43,059 nucleotides of DNA, from NCBI GenBank assembly GCA_040005235.1, contig JBDTZG010000046.1:1-43059 (forward strand), given 5' to 3'. The notes beneath the pieces were generated by a model, which saw only the letters and a program-made list of their open reading frames with translations, was not told the origin of the DNA and did no database searches. The translations under genes and the position numbers were made by a program. The stretch comes from Acidobacteriota bacterium. GTDB lineage: Bacteria; Acidobacteriota; Thermoanaerobaculia; Multivoradales; UBA5704. Below are positions 8,067 to 17,238 of the stretch, piece after piece (within the stretch, counting starts at the first letter, position 1; each line of letters begins with the position of its first letter).

Positions 8067-9364
8067 CGCGCGTACGACCAGCCGAGCACGGCGCCCCGCT
8101 CCGGATGGAGCCATCGCTCGGCCGCCGCGAGCAAATCGCCCGGCGTCGCTTCGACCATTGCGGCGAGTTGGCGCTCGTGATGGTCGGGCGTGAACAACGC
8201 CACAGAGAGAGCTGCCGACACCGCCTGTTGATGCACCTTCTCGTGATCGAACACCCAATCGGCGATGGCGATCTGGCGCGCGCGGGCAAGCTCCTCTTCG
8301 CTCGGGGCGGTGGCGACGCGGGCGGCCAGCTCGGCGAACAGCGCCGCCTCCGCGCGCTCCGGCTCGACCCCCGGGATCAGCTCGGCGGTGATCGCGAAGT
8401 GACCCCGGTCGAGATTGTCCGAAACGTCGGCCGAGATCCAGGCGCACAACTCCATCTCGTCCACGAGACGTCGGTGGAGCTGGCTGGCGCGGCCTCCTGC
8501 GAGCAGATCGGCGAGCAGTCGCGCGATCGCGTGCTCCGGGTCGCTCGCGGCGGGCGCGGGCAGCGCGAGCAGCAGGCGCGGCACCTCTCCCTTGTCGCGA
8601 TCGAGCCGTTCGAGCGCGGTGGGAAACGTCACCGCGGGAAGCACCGGATGCGGCGCCGCACCCGCTTCGAGCTCGCCCAACGCGGCGGCCACCCGATCGA
8701 GCGCGTCGTCCCCTATATCCCCCGCAACGATCAAAGTCGCGTTGTCCGGCCGATAGAAATGGGAATGAAAGCGGCGCAGATCGGCGTCGCCGGTCGCCAG
8801 CAGGCTCTCTTTCGTTCCGAGCACCGGCCGGCCGTAGGCATGATCGGGAAACAGCCGCGCCATGGTCGCCATTTCGAGCGCGTCCCAGGGATCGCTGTCG
8901 TACATCGCGATCTCTTCCAGGATCACCTGCCGCTCGCTGCCGGTCTCGGCCGGATCGAGCGCCAGATGGGCCATCCGGTCGGCTTCGATCGCCAGCGCTT
9001 CCGACCAGCGGTCGGCGGCGAAATTGAAATAGTAGACCGTGGCGTCGTGGCTGGTGAACGCGTTGTTCGCTCCGCCGAGCGCCTGGGTGCGGCGGTCGAT
9101 CTCCCCAGGACCATAGGCGGCGGAGCCTTTGAACATCATGTGCTCGAGGAAATGCGCGGCGCCGCCGTGGCTGGCTTCTTCATCGCGGGTACCCGCGTGA
9201 TAACAGAGCGCGGAGGTAACCACCGGCGCCTGGCGGTTCGCGAGCAGGCCGACGGTCAGGCCGTTGTCCAACCGATGGAGCGCGAGCGTGCCGGGCAGGC
9301 GGGGTACGTCCACCGCGCCGCTGCGCCCTCGGGTCTTCGTTCTCATTCGTAATCCTCTCGTCAT
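8063..9364 (-). CDS. M16 family zinc peptidase, catalytic subunit
   Basis: HFLEHMMFKG zinc motif, NAFTS, ERQVILEE; start may be 9364 or 9346. Confidence 0.9.
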   Translation of the reverse strand: MTRGLRMRTKTRGRSGAVDVPRLPGTLALHRLDNGLTVGLLANRQAPVVTSALCYHAGTRDEEASHGGAAHFLEHMMFKGSAAYGPGEIDRRTQALGGANNAFTSHDATVYYFNFAADRWSEALAIEADRMAHLALDPAETGSERQVILEEIAMYDSDPWDALEMATMARLFPDHAYGRPVLGTKESLLATGDADLRRFHSHFYRPDNATLIVAGDIGDDALDRVAAALGELEAGAAPHPVLPAVTFPTALERLDRDKGEVPRLLLALPAPAASDPEHAIARLLADLLAGGRASQLHRRLVDEMELCAWISADVSDNLDRGHFAITAELIPGVEPERAEAALFAELAARVATAPSEEELARARQIAIADWVFDHEKVHQQAVSAALSVALFTPDHHERQLAAMVEATPGDLLAAAERWLHPERGAVLGWSYAR

Positions 9365-11481
9365 TCCCGTTGGAGCTGGATGTCGACCTTCACGCGACCT
9401 TCCTCGGCCCCGGAGCGAACCTCGACCCCGATATCCTTCTGCTGGTATCCCGGCGCGGAGATCGAGACCCGATGAGTGCCGGGACCGAGCGCTATGAACG
9501 CGCCGCTCCGGCGGCCGAACGGTCCGGTCGTCAGACGGACGGCCGAGCCGTCGACGGTCACCGTCGACTCCGACGGGTTGAGCCGGAGGGTGATCCCGTC
9601 GCGAACCTGGTAAATGTCGAGGTCACCGGACCCGACGTCGCGCGCCGCGAGAGCCTTCAAACGCCCCGGAATCACCGTAGTGCCGACGCCCGCGGCGTCG
9701 ATCTCGATCACCAGATCTTCCATCCCCGCCTTGCGAAACTTGAGCGTGTGCTCCCCGTCATCGACCTCCAAGACTCCGCTGCCGCGCAGACCGTTGAATT
9801 CCGAGACCTTGCCCACCACCGTCCGATCGACCAGGACATAGGCGTCGGCCGGGACGACCCGCAGCGCGAGGTTGAGCCGCGTTTGGAGCCCGTCGCCGCT
9901 GTCGCGCGCCGGGGCCGGGGCGGGAGCCGGTTCTTCCTCGTTCGCCTCGGGCTCGTCCGGGCTCGCCGGGGCGGGAGTCGGATTTGTAGGCCGGCTGGGA
10001 GCCGGGGTCGGCACCGGCAGTGTCACTTGGTCCCCCCCCTGGACCGAGCCCGGCGGCGCATAGGGCCGCTCTCCCACCGGCCGGCCCTCGACCGGCGTTC
10101 CCGGCGGGGTCTCAAAGATCATCGGGTCTTTGGACGGGGTGGCCGTCGGATCGGCCTCGGCGTCCAGATCGTCGGCCGGCTGATCGCTCGTACCCACGTC
10201 GCTGGTCGGCGGCAAGCCCAGCTGCGGCACGTCGGGCTTCCCGCCCGCCACCAGGCGCCAGACGCCGAGAACGGCGACTAACAGCACGGCAAACGCAGCG
10301 GCGAGGATCAGCGGCACCGGCACCCTACGCGGCGGGGCGATGGGCAGCGGCGGAATCGCGGAATACCCGGGGCCGGCGCCCGGAGGAGGCGGGATCGTGC
10401 CCGGAGAAAAAGGTTGCGGCTGGGTGGCCAAGGTTGACGCAGGGGGCGCGATCGGAATTCCGGCGGGGGTCGGCGTGCGGACGGTGGGCGCGCCGGGGGT
10501 CGGAGTCGGCACCGTGCCCGCCGCGCCCGCCGCGCCTACCGTCCCGAACATCGCCGCCGGCCGCGTCATCGGCGCGGTGTCGCGGGTAACCGGAGGGCGG
10601 ACGGAAACCCCCGCCGGCAGGATCGGCCGGGAGAGCGTCTCGTCGGGCAGGTCGCGCTCGATCTGGCGCAGCTCCGCCGCCACCTCGCGCGCCGAGCCGA
10701 TTCGCTGGTCGCGGTCCTTCGCCAGCATCCGGACCAGCAGATCCTCCAGCTTTTCGGGCACCGCCCGCAGCGCCGAGACGCGGGGCGGCTCCTGGTGGAG
10801 AATTTTGTAGACCAGCGTGGTGAGCGTTTCGCCGTCGAACGGGCGCTTGCCCGAAAGCAGCTCATAGAGCACGACGCCGAGCGAGAAGACGTCGCTCCGG
10901 CCGTCGAGATCCTCCCCGCGGATCTGCTCGGGCGACAGGTATTGAGGGCTCCCCATGACCGAGCCGGCGATCGTCAGCTCGGTGCTCTGGCCGCCCATCT
11001 TCGCGATGCCGAAATCGGTGACCTTCACCTGGTCCGCGGCGTCGATCAGGATGTTGCTCGGCTTGACGTCGCGATGGACCACGTCGTGAGCGTGGGCATA
11101 GGCCAGCGCCTCGGCGGTCTGTCTCGTCCAGCGCAAGACGTCCGAGATCGACAGCGCCGGCCCGGACTCCAACCGGTTCGCCAGGTCCGCTCCCTCGACA
11201 TACTCGAACGCCAAGAAGACCAGCCCCTCGGCCTCGCCGGCATCGAACAGGGTGACGATGTTCGGATGGAGCATCCGGCCTGCCGCCCGCGCCTCGCGCA
11301 GGAGCCGCTTCTTCCGGTCCTCGACCTCGGAATCGCGTCCGGAGAGGCGGACGGTCTTGATCGCCAACTTCCGATCGATGTGCGGATCGTCGGCCAGGTA
11401 GACCTCTCCCATTGCCCCTGCACCCAAGAACTTGTCGATCTTGTAGCGGCCGACCATCGTGCCGCTCGCGAGGTTGGTCAT
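9361..11481 (-). CDS. Hanks-type Ser/Thr protein kinase with TM helix, Pro-rich linker and PEGA-like extracellular domains
   Basis: LGAGAMGEVY, LAIK, HRDVKPSN, DFG, YLSPEQ; TM VPLILAAAFAVLLVAVLGVW; C-terminal V.P.DA.V.VD...GEHTL and PGTHRVSISAPGY repeats. Confidence 0.9.
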   Translation of the reverse strand: MTNLASGTMVGRYKIDKFLGAGAMGEVYLADDPHIDRKLAIKTVRLSGRDSEVEDRKKRLLREARAAGRMLHPNIVTLFDAGEAEGLVFLAFEYVEGADLANRLESGPALSISDVLRWTRQTAEALAYAHAHDVVHRDVKPSNILIDAADQVKVTDFGIAKMGGQSTELTIAGSVMGSPQYLSPEQIRGEDLDGRSDVFSLGVVLYELLSGKRPFDGETLTTLVYKILHQEPPRVSALRAVPEKLEDLLVRMLAKDRDQRIGSAREVAAELRQIERDLPDETLSRPILPAGVSVRPPVTRDTAPMTRPAAMFGTVGAAGAAGTVPTPTPGAPTVRTPTPAGIPIAPPASTLATQPQPFSPGTIPPPPGAGPGYSAIPPLPIAPPRRVPVPLILAAAFAVLLVAVLGVWRLVAGGKPDVPQLGLPPTSDVGTSDQPADDLDAEADPTATPSKDPMIFETPPGTPVEGRPVGERPYAPPGSVQGGDQVTLPVPTPAPSRPTNPTPAPASPDEPEANEEEPAPAPAPARDSGDGLQTRLNLALRVVPADAYVLVDRTVVGKVSEFNGLRGSGVLEVDDGEHTLKFRKAGMEDLVIEIDAAGVGTTVIPGRLKALAARDVGSGDLDIYQVRDGITLRLNPSESTVTVDGSAVRLTTGPFGRRSGAFIALGPGTHRVSISAPGYQQKDIGVEVRSGAEEGRVKVDIQLQRE

Positions 11482-11715
11482 GAGGGAGTTTCGCCTCTCG
11501 TAGTGCATCGGCCACGCCGTCTGAGCCCAACGGGCCTGACGGCCCGGTCGGCCCGTAAGACGGGCTTCTGCGGAACCGGAGAATGATAGCAGGGCGGGCG
11601 GGGTGGGCGGGGTACCGCCAGCTTCTCGCGGGGCCCTTCCCAAAAGATGACCAAAGATGTCATATTTATCGCCACGGGCCGGAATCCCTAGAGACTTCGC
11701 ACCCGCGTCGGCCCC

Positions 11716-12678
11716 ATGCCTGCCCACTCCACCCTTTCGTCCGAGCTTCTCGCTCCCCCCGACCCCCTCCACACCGAGGCGATCGATCCGCTGTCGCGGA
11801 TCGGCAACACCCCGCTGTTCGACCTGTCGCGGCTGGTCGGCCGGTCGGGAGTCTCGCTGTACGCCAAGGCAGAGTTGTGCAATCCCGGCGGGTCGGTAAA
11901 GGACCGGCCGGCGCTCGCGATGATCGAGGCTGCCGAGCGCCGCGGCCTGTTCGCCGGGGGACGGCGGCTACTGGATGCGACCTCGGGCAACACCGGGATC
12001 GCTTACGCGATGATCGGCGCGGCGCGCGGCATTCCGGTCACCCTGTGCCTGCCCGACAGCGCGAGCCCGGAGCGGAAACGGGTGCTGCGCGCCTATGGCG
12101 CCGAGATCCGGATCACCGATCCGCTAGAGGGCAGCGACGGCGCAATCCGGCAAGCGCGGCGGCTGGTGGCCGAGGCGCCGGAGCGTTGGGCCTATCTCGA
12201 TCAATATTCGAACCCCGAGAACTGGCGCGCCCACTACCGGACGACCGGGCCGGAGATCTGGCGCCAGAGCGGGGGCCAAATCACCCACTTCGTCACCGGA
12301 CTGGGCACTAGCGGCACCTTCATGGGTGTCGGGCGGTACCTTGCGGATCACGCCCCCCACGTCCGGCGGATCTCGGTTGAGCCGGACGGACCGTTTCATG
12401 GCCTGGAAGGAATGAAACACATGGCCTCGGCGTTGGTGCCGCCGATCTACGATCCGGGCCTCGCCCACGAGGCGCGCGAGATCTCGACCGAGGCGGCCCA
12501 CGCGATGGTTTTGACGCTGGCGCGGAAAATGGGCCTCTTGGTCGGCGTCTCGGCCGGCGGCAACGTGGCGGCGTCGCTCGCTCTCGCTCAGGAAATCGAG
12601 AGCGGTACGATCGTCACCGTCCTGTGCGACGGCGCCGACAAGTACCTGACCGAATCGTTTTGGGAGGAAGAGATTTGA
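11716..12678 (+). CDS. cysM: PLP-dependent cysteine synthase (CysM/CysO-dependent type by context)
   Basis: IGNTPL, KAELCNPGGSVKDRPA, ATSGNTG, GLGTSGT, CDGADKYL. Confidence 0.85.
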   Translation: MPAHSTLSSELLAPPDPLHTEAIDPLSRIGNTPLFDLSRLVGRSGVSLYAKAELCNPGGSVKDRPALAMIEAAERRGLFAGGRRLLDATSGNTGIAYAMIGAARGIPVTLCLPDSASPERKRVLRAYGAEIRITDPLEGSDGAIRQARRLVAEAPERWAYLDQYSNPENWRAHYRTTGPEIWRQSGGQITHFVTGLGTSGTFMGVGRYLADHAPHVRRISVEPDGPFHGLEGMKHMASALVPPIYDPGLAHEAREISTEAAHAMVLTLARKMGLLVGVSAGGNVAASLALAQEIESGTIVTVLCDGADKYLTESFWEEEI

Positions 12679-13133
12679 GCCGCGAATCCTCGACGCTGAT
12701 CCTCTCCGCAACGGATCGCGAGACGATCGAGCGCCATCTCGAAGCGGGCTATCCCGACGAAGCCTGCGGCTTGATGATCGGCCGCGAGCTGCGGGGGGCG
12801 AACGAATCGGACCCCACCCGCACCGAAGTCGTGCGCCTGGTCCTCGCCGACAACGCACGCGAGGACAGCCGCCACAATCGCTACGTGATTCCGCCCGAGG
12901 CGGTGCTCGCGGCGGAAAAGGCGGCGCGGGCCGAGGCCTTAAGCGTAATCGGCTATTTCCACTCCCATCCCGACCATCCGGCGCGGCCGAGCGAATTCGA
13001 TCGCGAGCACGCTTGGCCGGGCCTGTCGTATCTGATCGTTTCCATCCGTGGCGGCACGGCGGAAGACGTGCGAAGCTGGCGCCTCACCGACGACCGAGAG
13101 AGTTTTCTCGAAGAGAAACTCGAATTCACCTGA
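12675..13133 (+). CDS. mec: JAMM/MPN+ (M67) peptidase, Mec+-like
   Basis: YPDEACG, GYFHSHPDHPARPSEFD JAMM motif; TTG start overlapping the cysM stop with GGAGG RBS. Confidence 0.85.
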   Translation: MSRESSTLILSATDRETIERHLEAGYPDEACGLMIGRELRGANESDPTRTEVVRLVLADNAREDSRHNRYVIPPEAVLAAEKAARAEALSVIGYFHSHPDHPARPSEFDREHAWPGLSYLIVSIRGGTAEDVRSWRLTDDRESFLEEKLEFT

Positions 13134-13166
13134 GTTGATCCCGATCGGCCCGAAGGAGAAAGAACC

Positions 13167-13481
13167 TTGTCAGCCCCGATTCAATCGACCCTACACATTC
13201 CTACTCCCCTCCGCCGCTTCACCGGCGAGCAGGGCGAGATCACCGTCGCGGGCGCCACGGTCGGCGAAGCGCTGCGCGATCTGGTCCGCCAGCATCCGGC
13301 GCTCGAACGGCATCTCTATACGCCGGAAGGCACTCTCCGCAGCTTCGTCAACGTGTTCAAGAACGACGACGACGTGCGCTTTCTCGAAAAGGGTGCCACG
13401 CCCCTTGCCCTCGGCGACGTGTTGTCGATCATCCCGTCGATCGCCGGAGGATCCGGCGACCGGATCGGGAGCCGCCCGTGA
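13167..13481 (+). CDS. MoaD/ThiS/CysO-type ubiquitin-like sulfur carrier with C-terminal extension
   Basis: IPTPLRRFTG...GATVGEALRDL...LRSFVNVFKNDDDVR...IIPSIAGG followed by SGDRIGSRP; AAGGAG RBS. Confidence 0.85.
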   Translation: MSAPIQSTLHIPTPLRRFTGEQGEITVAGATVGEALRDLVRQHPALERHLYTPEGTLRSFVNVFKNDDDVRFLEKGATPLALGDVLSIIPSIAGGSGDRIGSRP

Positions 13482-14650
13482 GCTTCGAAAGCTTGGTCGA
13501 AGGGCGCGTGCTGCCCCAGCTCGACGCCAAGGAGATCCGCCGCTACAGCCGGCACCTGATCTTGCCGGAGGTCGGTACCGAGGGGCAGAGGCGCCTCAAA
13601 GCGGCAAAGGTCTTGATGATCGGCACGGGTGGCCTCGGCTCGCCGCTCGGGCTCTACCTGGCCGCGGCCGGAGTGGGCACGCTGGGAATCGTCGATTTCG
13701 ACGTGGTGGACGATTCGAACCTCCAGCGCCAGGTGCTGTTCGGCGTTTCAGACGTCGGCCGGCCGAAGATCGAAGCCGCCGCCGCGCGTTTGCGCGACAT
13801 CAACCCTCATATCCAGATCAACCCCTACGAAACGCGCCTTGAGTCGAGCAACGCGCTCGACCTGTTCCGCGACTACGACCTGGTGGTCGACGGCACCGAC
13901 AACTTCCCCACCCGCTACCTGGTGAACGACGCCTGCGTTCTGCTCGGCAAGCCCAACGTCTACGGCTCGATCTTCCGCTTCGAAGGCCAGGTCTCGGTCT
14001 TCTGGGGTGCCAAAGGCCCGTGCTACCGCTGCCTGTTCCCCGAGCCGCCTCCTCCCGGCCTCGTCCCTTCCTGCGCCGAGGGCGGGGTGCTCGGGGTGTT
14101 GCCCGGCATCATCGGCGCGCTCCAGGCGAACGAAGTGATCAAGCTGATCGTCGGAGCCGGCGATCCCCTGATCGGCCGGCTCGTGCTGTTCGACGCGCTC
14201 AAACTCCGCTTTCGCGAGCTGAAGCTGAGGAAAGACCCGGCCTGCCCGATCTGCTCGGAGAATCCCACCCAAACCGGCCTGATCGACTACGAACAGTTCT
14301 GCGGCATCGAACCCGAAGCGGCCCAAGAAGACGACTTCGACATCGAAGCGATCGACCTCGCCCGCTGGCGCAACGAAGGCCGCGACGTCGTCGTCCTGGA
14401 CGTCCGCACGCCGCAGGAATACCAGATCGCCCGCATCGAAGGCGCGGTCCTCATTCCGCTCCAAGAACTACCCGACCGCCTGAACGAGCTCGACACCGCC
14501 ACCATGATCGTCGCCCAATGCCACGGCGGCGTCCGCTCCGCCCAAGCCGTCCATTTTCTCCGGCAGCACGGCTTCGCGAAGACCCGGAACCTCGCGGGCG
14601 GAATCGACGCATGGAGCCGGGAGGTGGATCCTACGGTGGCTCGGTATTAG
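13478..14650 (+). CDS. moeB: MoeB/MoeZ adenylyltransferase-rhodanese
   Basis: RYSRHLILPEVG, GTGGLG, DGTDNF, CYRC, CAEGGVLG, CPIC; rhodanese domain DVRTPQE...CHGGVRS. Confidence 0.92.
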   Translation: MSFESLVEGRVLPQLDAKEIRRYSRHLILPEVGTEGQRRLKAAKVLMIGTGGLGSPLGLYLAAAGVGTLGIVDFDVVDDSNLQRQVLFGVSDVGRPKIEAAAARLRDINPHIQINPYETRLESSNALDLFRDYDLVVDGTDNFPTRYLVNDACVLLGKPNVYGSIFRFEGQVSVFWGAKGPCYRCLFPEPPPPGLVPSCAEGGVLGVLPGIIGALQANEVIKLIVGAGDPLIGRLVLFDALKLRFRELKLRKDPACPICSENPTQTGLIDYEQFCGIEPEAAQEDDFDIEAIDLARWRNEGRDVVVLDVRTPQEYQIARIEGAVLIPLQELPDRLNELDTATMIVAQCHGGVRSAQAVHFLRQHGFAKTRNLAGGIDAWSREVDPTVARY

Positions 14651-14712
14651 GCAGGCTTACGAAAGGCAGGCGCGGCTGCAATCTCTTGAACACGAGGCCC
14701 TCCTTCGCTGCA

Positions 14713-15210
14713 CTACGACCCAGGCGCCTCATCGGAGGCTTCGAGCACCCGTCGATAGAGGCTCGGACTGATCCGAAAACCGGCCCGCGTGAGGAGAGCC
14801 TCCAGGATCGGCGCCACAGCAGGCACGAGCCCTCTAGACTTCGCTTCGATCAGAATCCCGAGAACCCCGATGACATGGACCCCCATGCGGCGAGCAACCT
14901 CTCGCCCACGACGTTCGTCGACGATCAAGAAATCTGCGCCAACTTCAATCGCCAAGGCGATGGCTTCGGCCTCGCCGCTGTCCAGCTCTCCTTCGAGCGC
15001 CCGGACGAGAACGCGATCCTTGGGAAGTGCCGTAGTAAGCCATTCGGCTTCTCGCAGCTCTCTGGCACCCGGCCGATCAGAATCGGCAGTCGCGATCTCT
15101 TCGTGAACTGAGGTCGGAACGATGACCCGCTGATAGAGCTGAGCCAGAAGATCGAGTCGGCCTACAGCGGAAAGGCTGATGATGGGCGAAGCGTCGCTGA
15201 CGACGATCAC
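14713..15210 (-). CDS. DUF3368 PIN-like putative toxin
   Basis: MIVVSDASPII, VP.SV..EI, LDSGEAEAI, DERRGR, GVLGIL..AK. Confidence 0.85.
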   Translation of the reverse strand: MIVVSDASPIISLSAVGRLDLLAQLYQRVIVPTSVHEEIATADSDRPGARELREAEWLTTALPKDRVLVRALEGELDSGEAEAIALAIEVGADFLIVDERRGREVARRMGVHVIGVLGILIEAKSRGLVPAVAPILEALLTRAGFRISPSLYRRVLEASDEAPGS

Positions 15211-15458
15211 AAGCGGCCCAGGCTGCGCAGCGTCTCCAGGTCCTGCTCGAACTCCTTGACGTCGTAATGAACTGTCAGGCCGCGGCTCGCGATCAGGTTC
15301 TGGAACTGAAACCGGCCCATCTCGGCGAACCGACTGGCTTGTGCGAGGGTCAGTTTTTCGCGTTCGAACAACAGAACGGCGATCTCCTGCCGCAGTTCGT
15401 CGGCCGACATCCGGGCGCTCTGCAAGACGTCTTCGGAAATAGTGACCGAGAGGCTCAT
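15207..15458 (-). CDS. UPF0175 family antitoxin
   Basis: ELRQEIAVLLF...KLTLAQASRFA...F...IASRG...YD..E.EQDL; GTGA overlap with DUF3368. Confidence 0.85.
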   Translation of the reverse strand: MSLSVTISEDVLQSARMSADELRQEIAVLLFEREKLTLAQASRFAEMGRFQFQNLIASRGLTVHYDVKEFEQDLETLRSLGRL

Positions 15459-15504
15459 AGGCTTATTCTAGATCGGAAAACTTCCGCGGGAACATGCCGT
15501 GCCC

Positions 15505-17145
15505 CTACTCCGTCCCCGGCAGTACCTCCAACCGAACCGGATCATCCCGGTTCAAATAGCTCTCGCCCGCTACGTTCATTCCGGTCGCCTGGTAGTTCCG
15601 ATCGGCGCGCGCTCCCCAACCTTCCAGCAGGAGGAGGACGAGCGCCGCGCCGCCGAGAACCTTGAGGGCAACGCGCGGGAGCGGCTGATCTGCCGACGGC
15701 AAGAGGGGCCGCGTACGCCGGATCGTTCCCCAAAGGCCCACGAGCGCCGAAGCGATCAGAACGTTCCAGAGCGGTAGATAGAGCAGACCTTGGCGGGCGT
15801 AGCCAAAGAACAGGCCGGCGGCGGCGAGGCCCACTCCGGTAAGCAGAAGGACGACAAATGCCCAGCGCCTTGGGCCTCCGGGTGCGGCGAGGCAGAACGC
15901 GAGCCCGAGGAGAGCGAGCGGCGCGGTGATCCAGAGGGCTCCCGGGCCGTCGGGGAGGAAGACGTCCACCGCACCGCGGGTTCCGACGAGTCCTCCGGGT
16001 TGGTTCCATTGGGTCCAGCCGAGGCGGAGGGCAGCGAAGAAACGGGACCCTTTGCGCAGGACCAGTCGGCCGAAGGCTCCCGGGTTCTGGCGAATCCAGT
16101 CCCAGGCCATCCGGTCACCATGGAGGAGGAAATTCAGGTGCTCCGGGTTCTGAAGGTCGAGTACGCCGGTGGCGTTGGCCGAGGCCATCAGAGATCGGGA
16201 GAAGGTGCCGTCCGCTCCGGCGTGGTTCGCTAGGGCCAGGTTGATCGGACCGTAGATCGTGATCGGCACGAGGGTCGGTAGAGGCTCGGCGGCTCCGTGG
16301 CGGGCGTTGATTTGTCCGAGGCGCACGGCGTTGCGGATCGTCCAGGGCGCCACGACGAGGAACACGCCGAGGAGGGCGCAGGCCCACGGGCGAAGGGGTG
16401 AAGACCGCGGCGCTCGGCGAGCCGTCCAGACGCCGACGAAGCCGACGCCGAGCAGAAGCGCCGCGATCAGGATTCCCTCGGCACGGACGAGCGCGAGAAA
16501 TCCTAGAAGCGCACCGAGGACGAATCCCGCCCGCCAAGTCCCGGCAACGGCTTCCGGCGCGGAGAGCAGATGTTCGAGCCGCCGGGTCCAGATCCAGAGC
16601 GCGAGCAGCAGCAGCGTGCCCCAGGTTCCTTCGGTGACCGGGGCGACGTGGATCACGTAGAGGCCGAAGGCGTAGAGCGACAGCAGAGCTCCGCCGAGCG
16701 CCGCGAGCCGGCCGACGTAGGGCCGGGCGACCGCGTAGAGCAGGCCGATCGAAACACTTCCGACGAGGGCAAGGATGGCTTTGAGCGCGAAGTACGGCAC
16801 CTTGCTGTCCGCCGCTCCGGCTCCGAGGATCATGTGCAGCCCCGCGAGCAGCCAGGCGAAGCCGGGAGGATGGAACGGAATCCCGCCGTCGTACAGCTCG
16901 CCGCCGAGCAGCGAGCGGGCGTAGCGGTAAAAGGTTTCTGAATCACCTTCGTAGAAGATCGTGAACGGCCAGTCGCGGTCGCGGTTCGAGGCGAGAAACG
17001 CGAGCCGGTGCGCCCAGGCGAGGAGGGTGAGGCCGATCGAGATCCACAGGTCGGCGCGCGAGTACAGACCCCGGAGAGCCGGAGCGGAATTCGCTCTGGA
17101 TCCCACCGACCTGCGGGGATCGGAGCGCTTTTTCTGATTCGCCAT
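15505..17145 (-). CDS. Polytopic membrane protein, ArnT/PMT (GT-C) glycosyltransferase-like
   Basis: Many TM helices; GDSETFY, FHPPGF, VTEG, ALVRAE, VVAPWTIRN motifs. Confidence 0.65.
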   Translation of the reverse strand: MANQKKRSDPRRSVGSRANSAPALRGLYSRADLWISIGLTLLAWAHRLAFLASNRDRDWPFTIFYEGDSETFYRYARSLLGGELYDGGIPFHPPGFAWLLAGLHMILGAGAADSKVPYFALKAILALVGSVSIGLLYAVARPYVGRLAALGGALLSLYAFGLYVIHVAPVTEGTWGTLLLLALWIWTRRLEHLLSAPEAVAGTWRAGFVLGALLGFLALVRAEGILIAALLLGVGFVGVWTARRAPRSSPLRPWACALLGVFLVVAPWTIRNAVRLGQINARHGAAEPLPTLVPITIYGPINLALANHAGADGTFSRSLMASANATGVLDLQNPEHLNFLLHGDRMAWDWIRQNPGAFGRLVLRKGSRFFAALRLGWTQWNQPGGLVGTRGAVDVFLPDGPGALWITAPLALLGLAFCLAAPGGPRRWAFVVLLLTGVGLAAAGLFFGYARQGLLYLPLWNVLIASALVGLWGTIRRTRPLLPSADQPLPRVALKVLGGAALVLLLLEGWGARADRNYQATGMNVAGESYLNRDDPVRLEVLPGTE

Positions 17146-17238
17146 GGAGGGTTTCCAAAGCCGGGGAGAAGATACCAGAGGGGAGCGGGGCGGCATCGGG
17201 ACCGCCGCAGAGCGACGGCCCCTTTCGCCAGTCAACCG

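Noticed and set aside
13167-14650. Molybdenum cofactor biosynthesis operon
   Set aside because: No moaA/moaC/moaE/moeA; context with cysteine synthase and a JAMM peptidase indicates the CysO-type route
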